DNA of 59,966 bases from assembly GCA_900770275.1 (NCBI GenBank), contig CAAGJS010000088.1:1-59966 (forward strand), written 5' to 3'. A program made the position numbers and the translations under genes. This DNA comes from Erysipelotrichaceae bacterium. Its GTDB lineage: Bacteria; Bacillota_I; Bacilli_A; Erysipelotrichales; Erysipelotrichaceae. Positions 37,471 through 45,292 of the stretch are shown here, in pieces (the stretch's first letter is position 1; each line of letters opens with the position of its first letter). The notes beneath the pieces are model-generated. The model saw only the letters and a list, made by a program, of their open reading frames with translations. It was not told where the DNA came from and searched no databases.

Positions 37471-38408
37471 TGTTTCATTTCCTTCCACGCCGGGATGCCA
37501 TAGGCACTTTCACAATGCATGACGGCATTCTGAATGGCCCGCTCCACGGTGATTGCGGCCATCGTACCGGCGGCGTTGATATCCGCCCTTACACCATCCA
37601 GAGACATGGCATACAGAGAGTCGCCGTCATACATCGTATGAACAGGGCGGATCGCTCTTGCCATGCCATCATGGCCCATGCCGGCGATCTTGGTCAGCTC
37701 TGTCTTATTGAAGGCGCCATTGGTCAGGATGACGCCGATTGTTGTATTCGTGCCAGGCATCAGAAGGGAGTGGCTCAGGGCTTCTTCCGCATTGATAATT
37801 TGATTGTTTTCATCCCGGACACCAGCCAGAGGTCTGTTATTTGGATCCACGACGTTTCCCGCCGCATTGACCGCGACAACGGCCGCAACCATCAGATCAC
37901 CTTCCTGCAGTGCATAAGAGCCGATGCCGGCTTTCATCATATGTTCAGAGCCAAGGATCTTTCCGACCGTTGCCCCGGTACCGGCACCATAGTTTCCATC
38001 CTGGTAGTTTCCTGCAAGCTGGCAGGTGCGATAGCCATCCTTTGCGCTGGGACGAATGCGGCTGTCTGCGACTTCCAGATCGTAAAGGCACGAGGCACAT
38101 ACAATCGGCACAACCCCTTCCGCAACCGGCCACCCCTGATGACGCTCTTCGAGATACTGCATGACACCGGCAGCCGCATCGAGTCCGAACGCACTGCCCC
38201 CGGCAAGTACAACGGCATCGACCCTGTCATTGGCGGCCAGCGGGTTCAGCAGGGCACTTTCCCGGCTTGCCGGGGCGCCGCCGCGCACATCGAGCCCCGT
38301 TACCGCGCCATGATCTGTCAGAAAGACGGTGACGCCTGTACCGTGTTCTTCATCCGTGACATTTCCGATTTTGATGTTTGGCAGATTCGTAAGCTCAATT
38401 TCCTTCAT
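37467..38408 (-). CDS. P1/S58 family peptidase (DmpA-like)
   Basis: TGVTV, DVRGGAPASRE, GGSAFGL, GAGTGA, NTTIG and HTMYDGD motifs. Confidence 0.9.
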   Translation of the reverse strand: MKEIELTNLPNIKIGNVTDEEHGTGVTVFLTDHGAVTGLDVRGGAPASRESALLNPLAANDRVDAVVLAGGSAFGLDAAAGVMQYLEERHQGWPVAEGVVPIVCASCLYDLEVADSRIRPSAKDGYRTCQLAGNYQDGNYGAGTGATVGKILGSEHMMKAGIGSYALQEGDLMVAAVVAVNAAGNVVDPNNRPLAGVRDENNQIINAEEALSHSLLMPGTNTTIGVILTNGAFNKTELTKIAGMGHDGMARAIRPVHTMYDGDSLYAMSLDGVRADINAAGTMAAITVERAIQNAVMHCESAYGIPAWKEMKQ

Positions 38409-39132
38409 CGCTGATTTCCTCCTTGATTTCTTCAAGAAGCTTCTGATCCTGTTTTGACAGCTCTGCCTTCTTTAACAGATCCGGCCGTTTCAGCAAAGTC
38501 TGGCGCAGTGATTCTTTCCGCTTCCACTCGGCGATGCGGCCATGGTTTCCACTCGTAAGTACATCCGGGACAGAGACACCTTCGAAGGTAAGAGGATGGG
38601 TATACTGCGGATATTCAAGCAGTCCGTTTTCAAACGATTCGTCTTCGGTACTCGCATCGCGCAGCGCACCTTTGAGCAGGCGGACGATGGAGTCGGTCAC
38701 GATCATGGCTGGCAGCTCGCCTCCGGTCAGAATGTAATCGCCAAGGGAAATGGAGCCGTCAAAATACGGCTCGATGCGTGCATCCATGCCTTCATAGTGG
38801 CCGCATAAAAGGATGAGATCCTCTTCCCGGGAGAGGTCATGTGCCATTTTCTGGGTATACGTCTTTCCGGCAGGAGAGAAGAAGAGCTTCTTACTGCTGG
38901 CTTTCTCCGTATTCTTCAAGGCGCCGATCACGGGTTCGCAGCGCATGATCATTCCTGCCCCGCCGCCATAGGGAGAATCATCGATGTGGCGATAGGAGCC
39001 ATCCGCAAACGATCGGATATCGACAATTTCTATGGCGACAAGGTTCTTCTGGATTGCCCGCTGAATCACGGGACCGCCAAGAAAGCTGTCAAAGGCCTCG
39101 GGGAAGATGGTCAGAATCGCGATACGCTTCAT
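38395..39132 (-). CDS. trmD: tRNA (guanine37-N1)-methyltransferase
   Basis: DDSPYGGGAGM, CGHYEG.D.R, S.GDYILTGGE, LEYPQYT and SGNH motifs. Confidence 0.96.
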   Translation of the reverse strand: MKRIAILTIFPEAFDSFLGGPVIQRAIQKNLVAIEIVDIRSFADGSYRHIDDSPYGGGAGMIMRCEPVIGALKNTEKASSKKLFFSPAGKTYTQKMAHDLSREEDLILLCGHYEGMDARIEPYFDGSISLGDYILTGGELPAMIVTDSIVRLLKGALRDASTEDESFENGLLEYPQYTHPLTFEGVSVPDVLTSGNHGRIAEWKRKESLRQTLLKRPDLLKKAELSKQDQKLLEEIKEEISDEGN

Positions 39133-40007
39133 CAGGAGTGTTTCCGGGAGGAATGATGGCGCAGATGGATCGACGTCTCCATCCCCTGTTCTGCCTGATC
39201 GATGCCGGCCTGCGCCTGACGGAGCTGAGTCTCAAAGGTATGGTCGCCGCGCTGCAGGTGCATATAGCAGTTAAACTCTGCTTTCTGGAAACAGGTGAGG
39301 GCAAGATCCCAATAACTTTCATTCAGAACGTAGTTTCCGATCCGCAGCAGTGCCCCGGCCGTACACAGCGGAGGCTGATCGTCGGGATCGTCTCCGCTGA
39401 ACTCTCGCATCAGATTCATGTCGATCGCGAAGGCGGCCGCCGGATCTTTTTCGACGCATACACCATCCCAGTACATTTCCGCCAGCAGATAGTTGGCATT
39501 GGGATCTTTGAGAGCCGCCGCCTGCTTGACAATCAGCGGAAATGCCTTGGCCGGATCCTTCTGTGTGCCGAGGCCGAAGTACAGACACCATGCGTACATG
39601 ACAGAAGCCTCGGGATTGCCGTTTTCGCTGCTTTTCTCATAGGCGGCACAGGCTTTTTCGTAGTCCTGGTTTCCATAGTGGCCGTCAAAGTAAAGATTGC
39701 CGAGATAGTAGCCTGCCTCAAAATCATTGTCGAACTGAACGGCATCCGACAGGATACGCTCCACAAAGAGGAAGATGTTTTTGTCCATGATTTCATGGGG
39801 ATCGGCATCCATCAGATCCATGGCAATATTTAAGGGATCACCCATCAGGCTGCCATCGTAGGGATCGATCTCGTCCTCAAGGATGTCATAGGTATCGGGA
39901 TAAATATCTTCGTCGACTTTTGCCTTACTGAGGAGTGCTGCCGCTTCATCTTCTGTGAGACGTGAATAGTAAACCTTCGGTTTGCGGTTGTTTTTGGATT
40001 GTGCCAT
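39132..40007 (-). CDS. Sel1-repeat protein
   Basis: LGNLYFDG..QDYEKA, YFGLGTQKDPAKA and YWDGVCVEKD repeats; TGATG coupling to trmD. Confidence 0.85.
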   Translation of the reverse strand: MAQSKNNRKPKVYYSRLTEDEAAALLSKAKVDEDIYPDTYDILEDEIDPYDGSLMGDPLNIAMDLMDADPHEIMDKNIFLFVERILSDAVQFDNDFEAGYYLGNLYFDGHYGNQDYEKACAAYEKSSENGNPEASVMYAWCLYFGLGTQKDPAKAFPLIVKQAAALKDPNANYLLAEMYWDGVCVEKDPAAAFAIDMNLMREFSGDDPDDQPPLCTAGALLRIGNYVLNESYWDLALTCFQKAEFNCYMHLQRGDHTFETQLRQAQAGIDQAEQGMETSIHLRHHSSRKHS

Positions 40008-40059
40008 GTCGTTCTCCTTATGTATGTTCTCGCTTAATTTTACCGTATGGGCGGTATGA

Positions 40060-40080
40060 AAAAAAGGCTCCGAAGAGCCT
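40060..40080 (-). terminator. Terminator after the small-multidrug-export-like gene
   Basis: Minus strand AGGCTC-ttcg-GAGCCTTTTTT. Confidence 0.7.
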
Positions 40081-40583
40081 CAGCCAACCAGCGAACCAAT
40101 CAGTCCATAGCTGAGCGCCGTCATGATGACAGCAGCCAGTGCGATGCCGATCAGAATTGAGATGCTTGCCTTCTTTAGATCCATATCGAAGAGGGCGGCA
40201 ACCAGGGAACCTGTCCAGGCACCGGTGCCCGGCAGCGGGATGCCGACAAACAATGCCAGACCCCAGAAGCCGTATTTTTCAATCTTGGGCCTGTTTTTCT
40301 GTGCCTTTTCTTCAATCCAGCGGGCGAATTTTCCCATCCGGTGGTTTGCCATCCAGTGCAGAAGCTTCTTAATAAAAAAGAGAATGAAGGGAATCGGAAT
40401 GATATTTCCAAGCACGGACCAGAAGATGCCGGTCCCGATCGGAAGATTCAGAAATCCCGGTCCGGCCAGAATCAGTCCTCCGCGCTCCTCAATCAACGGT
40501 AACATCGATACGAGCATCACTGAAAGCTCGCGCGATATATGTGCCCCGATGCCGCTGTACCACCATGCCAGAAAACTATCCAT
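40080..40583 (-). CDS. Small multi-drug export family (COG2426-like) membrane protein
   Basis: SMLPLIEERGG and FVGIPLPGTGAWTG motifs; ATG 40583 after GAGG. Confidence 0.85.
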   Translation of the reverse strand: MDSFLAWWYSGIGAHISRELSVMLVSMLPLIEERGGLILAGPGFLNLPIGTGIFWSVLGNIIPIPFILFFIKKLLHWMANHRMGKFARWIEEKAQKNRPKIEKYGFWGLALFVGIPLPGTGAWTGSLVAALFDMDLKKASISILIGIALAAVIMTALSYGLIGSLVG

Positions 40584-40666
40584 AGATCTTTTTACCTCGA
40601 CGTCCTTCACTCTAACATAGGGGAGGAGGGGGGTTCAACGGCCGACAGAATTTTTTACTTTTTTTG

Positions 40667-40695
40667 TTGACAGTGTTTTGGGGTGGCGATAAGAT
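40667..40695 (+). promoter_or_regulatory. Sigma-A promoter of the tRNA-Ile/Ala operon
   Basis: T-rich UP-like tract, then TTGACA-N17-TAAGAT. Confidence 0.75.
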
Positions 40696-40715
40696 AATCA
40701 AGCAGTCGATGAGAT

Positions 40716-40792
<77 letters not shown>

Positions 40793-40809
40793 ACTGCTTT
40801 ATATATTGT

Positions 40810-40885
40810 GGGGTTATAGCTCAGCTGGGAGAGCACCTGCTTTGCAAGCAGGGGGTCAGGAGTTCGATCCTCCTTAGCTCCACCA
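40810..40885 (+). tRNA. tRNA-Ala (TGC)
   Basis: GGGGTTATAGCTCAGCTGGGAGAGCACCTGCTTTGCAAGCAGG..CTCCACCA with the G3:U70 pair. Confidence 0.97.
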
Positions 40886-40895
40886 TAAGAAGTCT

Positions 40896-40919
40896 GCCGC
40901 ATGAAAGTGCGGCTTTTTT
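40896..40919 (+). terminator. Terminator of the tRNA operon
   Basis: GCCGCAT-gaaa-GTGCGGCTTTTTT. Confidence 0.8.
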
Positions 40920-40946
40920 CATGCCTGTGCGTGCTAGACTGAAGAC

Positions 40947-41585
40947 ATGAACTACAGCGTGATCATTGTCGCTGCGGGCAGCGGAACCCGCATGCACCTG
41001 GGATATAACAAGGTTTATTACCGCTTCAGGGACGGCCGCACGATTCTGGAACATACATTGTCTGTTTTTGCAAGGGATCCCGACTGCTGGGACATCATTG
41101 TCGTCAGTGAGCCTGAAACATTCCATAAGGAAATATCTTTCGACGATCCCCGTCTGAGTGTCGTAGCCGGTGGATCAAGCAGGCAGGAGTCGGTGTCGCA
41201 TGGACTGATACTGGCGAAGGAAAAGGTTGTCTTTGTCCACGATGGGGCGCGTCCATTTCTGTCGCAGGAATGTCTGGAGAGAATCAAGCAGACGATGGAA
41301 ACGGAACCAGCCGCCTGTTTAATGGTTCCGGTCAAGGATACGATCAAGCGCGTCGAAAACGGAACGATCAAAGAAACCTACAATCGCTCACTTCTGTTTG
41401 CGGCCCAGACGCCGCAGGCATTTCATACGGATCTGCTGCGGCAGTGCATGGATGAAGCTTTGAAAACGGGATTTACCGGTACCGACGACTGTTCTCTGGT
41501 CGAACACTTCCGTCCCGACATCGCAATTTCTGCTGTCGAAGGCAGCTACGAAAACCGCAAGATCACGACGCCGGAGGATCTCTGA
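40947..41585 (+). CDS. ispD: 2-C-methyl-D-erythritol 4-phosphate cytidylyltransferase
   Basis: AAGSGTRM, GG.SRQESV, VHDGARP, QTPQAF, TDD and KITTPEDL motifs. Confidence 0.92.
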   Translation: MNYSVIIVAAGSGTRMHLGYNKVYYRFRDGRTILEHTLSVFARDPDCWDIIVVSEPETFHKEISFDDPRLSVVAGGSSRQESVSHGLILAKEKVVFVHDGARPFLSQECLERIKQTMETEPAACLMVPVKDTIKRVENGTIKETYNRSLLFAAQTPQAFHTDLLRQCMDEALKTGFTGTDDCSLVEHFRPDIAISAVEGSYENRKITTPEDL

Positions 41586-41632
41586 CTGTTGTGATGCGGG
41601 CGCTTTGAAACGCTCTGGAGGAATGAAATCAA

Positions 41633-42484
41633 ATGAAGATCGGATATTACAACGGCGTCATGGGACCGGTGGATGAGATCCGGATCCCGATGCAGGATCG
41701 TGCTCTGTTTTTCGGTGACGGTGTCTATGATGTGACCTTTGCCAATGATGGAAAGCTCTTCGCCATGGATGATCACCTGGATCGTTTCTACAACTCGTGC
41801 CGGATGATGCGAATCGATTTTCCGCTGAGCCGGGAAGAACTTACGGCTGAAATTCAGAAGTGCGTCAATGCGGCCGGAGATGGGGAACAGGTCATCTATT
41901 GGCAGACGAGCCGAGGCAACTGTGCAAGAAATCATGTTTTCCCGGATCCGTCGAACAGGCCGACGCTGCTGATCATTGTTTCGGAAGGAAAGCCGATCGA
42001 CTATTCGCATCCGCTGAAACTGTGCACCGATGAAGATACGAGATTCTTCCATTGCAATATCAAGACGCTGAACCTGATTCCCAATGTCATGGCTTCCCAG
42101 CATGCAAAAGAAGAGGGCTGTAACGAATCCATTTTCCATCGCGGCAGTCAGCTGACGGAGTGTGCTCACAGCGCGCTTCTGTTGCTCAAGGATGGAAAGC
42201 TGCTGGCGCCGGTTCTCAATGAACTCGTTCTGCCAAGCATCAGCCGTAAGCATATCTTTGAGATCGCCGAAGCCGAAGGAATTCCGACCGAAATCAGAGA
42301 TATTTCGATGGACGAAGTCTTCGATGCCGATGAAGTGATTGTCTGCAGCACGACAAAGGTGTGTGCACACGCAGATACAATTGATGAAAAAAATGTTGGA
42401 ATGAAAGACCCGGAGCTCTTCGGAAAGATCCAGAAAGCATACTTCGACCGTATTGAACGTGAAATTGGACTGCATCTGGGTTAA
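41633..42484 (+). CDS. Class IV PLP aminotransferase (D-amino acid aminotransferase-like)
   Basis: DRALFFGDGVYD, HLDRF, SRG...RNH, CNIKTLNL and TECAHS motifs. Confidence 0.88.
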   Translation: MKIGYYNGVMGPVDEIRIPMQDRALFFGDGVYDVTFANDGKLFAMDDHLDRFYNSCRMMRIDFPLSREELTAEIQKCVNAAGDGEQVIYWQTSRGNCARNHVFPDPSNRPTLLIIVSEGKPIDYSHPLKLCTDEDTRFFHCNIKTLNLIPNVMASQHAKEEGCNESIFHRGSQLTECAHSALLLLKDGKLLAPVLNELVLPSISRKHIFEIAEAEGIPTEIRDISMDEVFDADEVIVCSTTKVCAHADTIDEKNVGMKDPELFGKIQKAYFDRIEREIGLHLG

Positions 42485-42510
42485 ATATCCCCAGCAGAAA
42501 AGATCAGACA

Positions 42511-42542
42511 GGGCATGCACGAATATGAGACATGCCCTTTTT
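42511..42542 (+). terminator. Terminator after the aminotransferase gene
   Basis: GGGCATG...CATGCCCTTTTTT. Confidence 0.65.
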
Positions 42543-42660
42543 AATAAGCGTAATGCAAAGGAAGCACTAAAGAGCAGAGTGAAGAAAGAAGAATATCTGA
42601 GCCTCATAGCTAATAGAGATTGCCAGACAATAATTGTTATTAGCAGGTTCGATATCTCAC

Positions 42661-42696
42661 TGCAATCGATTGCATATGCTTGCGTTTATATGCAAT
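42661..42696. promoter_or_regulatory. Palindromic operator region upstream of the toxin-antitoxin pair
   Basis: Perfect palindrome TGCAATCGATTGCA (42661-42674) overlapping the inverted repeat ATTGCATAT..ATATGCAAT. Confidence 0.55.
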
Positions 42697-42732
42697 TCAC
42701 GAAATAATATAGATACTTGGAGTAAGAATGTT

Positions 42733-43038
42733 ATGAAAAACACATCTGTTGTTTATGCGAGAATTGACAGTGATCTGAAAGAAAGCGCAGAAAGCATTCT
42801 TCATCAGCTTGGTATTTCACCGTCCAGTGCTATTCAAATGTTCTATCGACAGATTATTCTGACAAAAGGACTGCCTTTGGACCTTCATCTCTCCTACAAT
42901 GAACCAGTGAATATTTCAGGTATGAGCCCTGAAAAACTGAATGAGGAGCTTGCCAAAGGGTATTCTTCTGCGCAGACGGGTGAGCTTTATTCTCCAGACG
43001 AAGTGGATCAGATTCTGAAAGATAAATTCCATATATGA
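42733..43038 (+). CDS. RelB/DinJ family antitoxin
   Basis: VYARIDSDLKESAESIL..LGISPSSAIQMFYRQI...GLPL ribbon-helix-helix pattern. Confidence 0.88.
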   Translation: MKNTSVVYARIDSDLKESAESILHQLGISPSSAIQMFYRQIILTKGLPLDLHLSYNEPVNISGMSPEKLNEELAKGYSSAQTGELYSPDEVDQILKDKFHI

Positions 43039-43389
43039 GTGAAGCTTACAACATTCTTTACTCTTTCAAATCCCTTCAGGATTTGGAAGAAATCTATGCT
43101 TATATAGCTTATAAACTCTTTGCTCCACAGATTGCTGAAAAGCAGGTTCATCGGATCAGAACAATTATTCGTAAGTTGGATTTTTATGCCGGGAAAATTT
43201 GCGTTGGTGGAAGATGAGCCATGGAAGGGCAAAAATGTCCATAAAGTTCAGGCTGACAATTTCATGATTTTTTGCCAGGTAGTCAGTGAACAAAGAAAAG
43301 TCATCATTATGCGTATTTTCTACAAAGGTCAGAATTATCATCAGGCATCATTATTAAATGAAAACGCAAGCCAATATCAAGCTCTATAA
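43035..43389 (+). pseudogene. RelE/ParE family toxin, frameshifted
   Basis: DLEEIYAYIA...IRKLDF continues as MPGKF...NFMIF...VIIMRIFY in another frame; the break falls in a T5 run at 43181-43185. Confidence 0.8.
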
Positions 43390-43437
43390 CTGTTAAAGAG
43401 CTCTGGTTTCCATACTTTTATCAATGATAATGAAAGA

Positions 43438-44052
43438 TCATGCCGCCCTGGGATCTTTAACGATCGCCGCCGTCAGGATGCGGATGGTATGATCTTTTCT
43501 GTTCAGCGTATGCAGAGCTCCCCGCAGCGTGGAGCCTGTGGTGCATACATCATCGACAAGCAGAATCTTCTTCGGAAGTTTGACCTCCTTGTTTCGGAGG
43601 ATGGAATGTTCCATTTCCATTCTTCGTTTGCGTCCAAGTGCCTTCTGAACCTGGCTGCTCTCTTTGATGAACGGTTCCAGCATCGGTAGTTGAAGGCATT
43701 CAAACATTTCCTTCAGGTGAGAGAAGCCGCGCTCCTCTCGCTTTTCTTTTGAACTTGGCATCAGTAATAAGGTGTAGCTGTGATACTTGTGTCGAAGATG
43801 ATGAATAAATGGATAGAGAAACACATCCTTCAGAGCTTCGTCATGCAGTTCCTTGAACTGCAGCAGGCACGATGAAAAGGAATCGTTGTACTGCCACAGC
43901 GCTTCCAGAGGGATGCCGTCGATCTCTTCCCTCTGTTCATGTTTCTGCCACTGGCTTCGACACGCTCCGCAGATCGGATCGTCGGAAAATAACAGACGCA
44001 GAAGCGTATCTTCCTCGCGCTTTTTGTCACAGATCAGACAGAATTCTGACAT
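43438..44052 (-). CDS. comFC: ComF family phosphoribosyltransferase-like competence protein
   Basis: Two CxxC pairs, ERGFS and LLVDDVCTTGSTL motifs. Confidence 0.85.
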   Translation of the reverse strand: MSEFCLICDKKREEDTLLRLLFSDDPICGACRSQWQKHEQREEIDGIPLEALWQYNDSFSSCLLQFKELHDEALKDVFLYPFIHHLRHKYHSYTLLLMPSSKEKREERGFSHLKEMFECLQLPMLEPFIKESSQVQKALGRKRRMEMEHSILRNKEVKLPKKILLVDDVCTTGSTLRGALHTLNRKDHTIRILTAAIVKDPRAA

Positions 44053-45194
44053 GATTGATTTGCCTCCTCAATTTCCTGAATGCAATGTTCCGCAAGTCCG
44101 CTGCGTTTTCTGGTGAGGAACAGCACGGAGCCGGTCGGGCATTGAAAGGATCGCCCCGCCCGTCCTGCCATCTGAATGAGTGCCGCCTCATCAAAAACAC
44201 GGTGCCCCGCTTCAAAGACACATACATCGGCCCCAACAACCGTAACACCGCGCTCGAGCACCGTTGTCGTAACGATGATGCCATGACGCTGCCCGCGATA
44301 GCGTTCTATTTTTTCATCCCGCTGCTCACTCTTTGAGGTCAGTACCATTGTTTCGGGGAAAAAGATTTTCAATAATCCTGCCAGCACATCTGCCATCACA
44401 ATTGTCGGAACAAACACCATCCGCGGATGCTTTTCATGTTCGCGCAGCCAGCGGATCAGATACAGAAAGAGAAAAGGAAAGGAACCGATCCTGAGTTCTG
44501 GCACGGGGACGGGATGACCATGGGGACGCTCATTCAGTTCCAGAAGGTAAAGATCACCTTTGTGGATCCGCTGCTGTAATTCAGCGTCCGGGGTCGCTGT
44601 GAGAAAAAGACTATGGCCCTTTACCGCGGAACGTGCCAGTCCATGAAGTACGGGATCGCCGCGGAAAGGGAAGGCATCGGGCTCATCCAGAATGAGGATG
44701 TCACAGCCATCCGGCGCGTAGCGGGCAAGCTGATGCGTCGTACAGACGATGAGGTCGCCATCGGTTTCGTTCGTATGACCTCCGCAGACAGCTGCTACCT
44801 TCGCTTTGGGAAAGATCTGCCGGAAGCGTTCGGCAAGTTCGAGGACGACCTGACGCCGTGGGATGGCGAAGATGATCTTCTTTTTCTCTGCCATTGCCCG
44901 GGCGATGGTCTCAACCACCATCTCCGTTTTGCCAGCACCGCAGACAGCTTTAATAATGACGTCTGTCTGATGGATCTTTTCCGCCGCCTCGTGACCGATC
45001 CGCTTCTGGGCAGGCGTTAAAGGGTATTTGAGAACATATTCCGAAACGTCGTCGGCGATTTCGTTCAGTGATACCGGCTCCTGTTCCTCCTCCAACATGA
45101 TGCGTCCAAAGCGGATGCACCGGCGGCAGTAATGGCCTTTGGAACCTTTGTAAAACCATGCGGAATCTGTATTTCCACAGCGAGGACACTGCAT
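44034..45194 (-). CDS. comFA: Competence DExD-box helicase
   Basis: CPRC..CRRC, AVCGAGKTE, DEPDAFP, TATP, ERGVT and QMAGRAGR motifs. Confidence 0.88.
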   Translation of the reverse strand: MQCPRCGNTDSAWFYKGSKGHYCRRCIRFGRIMLEEEQEPVSLNEIADDVSEYVLKYPLTPAQKRIGHEAAEKIHQTDVIIKAVCGAGKTEMVVETIARAMAEKKKIIFAIPRRQVVLELAERFRQIFPKAKVAAVCGGHTNETDGDLIVCTTHQLARYAPDGCDILILDEPDAFPFRGDPVLHGLARSAVKGHSLFLTATPDAELQQRIHKGDLYLLELNERPHGHPVPVPELRIGSFPFLFLYLIRWLREHEKHPRMVFVPTIVMADVLAGLLKIFFPETMVLTSKSEQRDEKIERYRGQRHGIIVTTTVLERGVTVVGADVCVFEAGHRVFDEAALIQMAGRAGRSFQCPTGSVLFLTRKRSGLAEHCIQEIEEANQSCQNSV

Positions 45195-45292
45195 AATGGT
45201 CTCCTTTCACTGTTTTATAGACATGGACGTGGCATTTTCCCTATTGTTTCGGCTATAATGAGCAGGCTGATTTGCAATCAGGAGGTTTTTTT

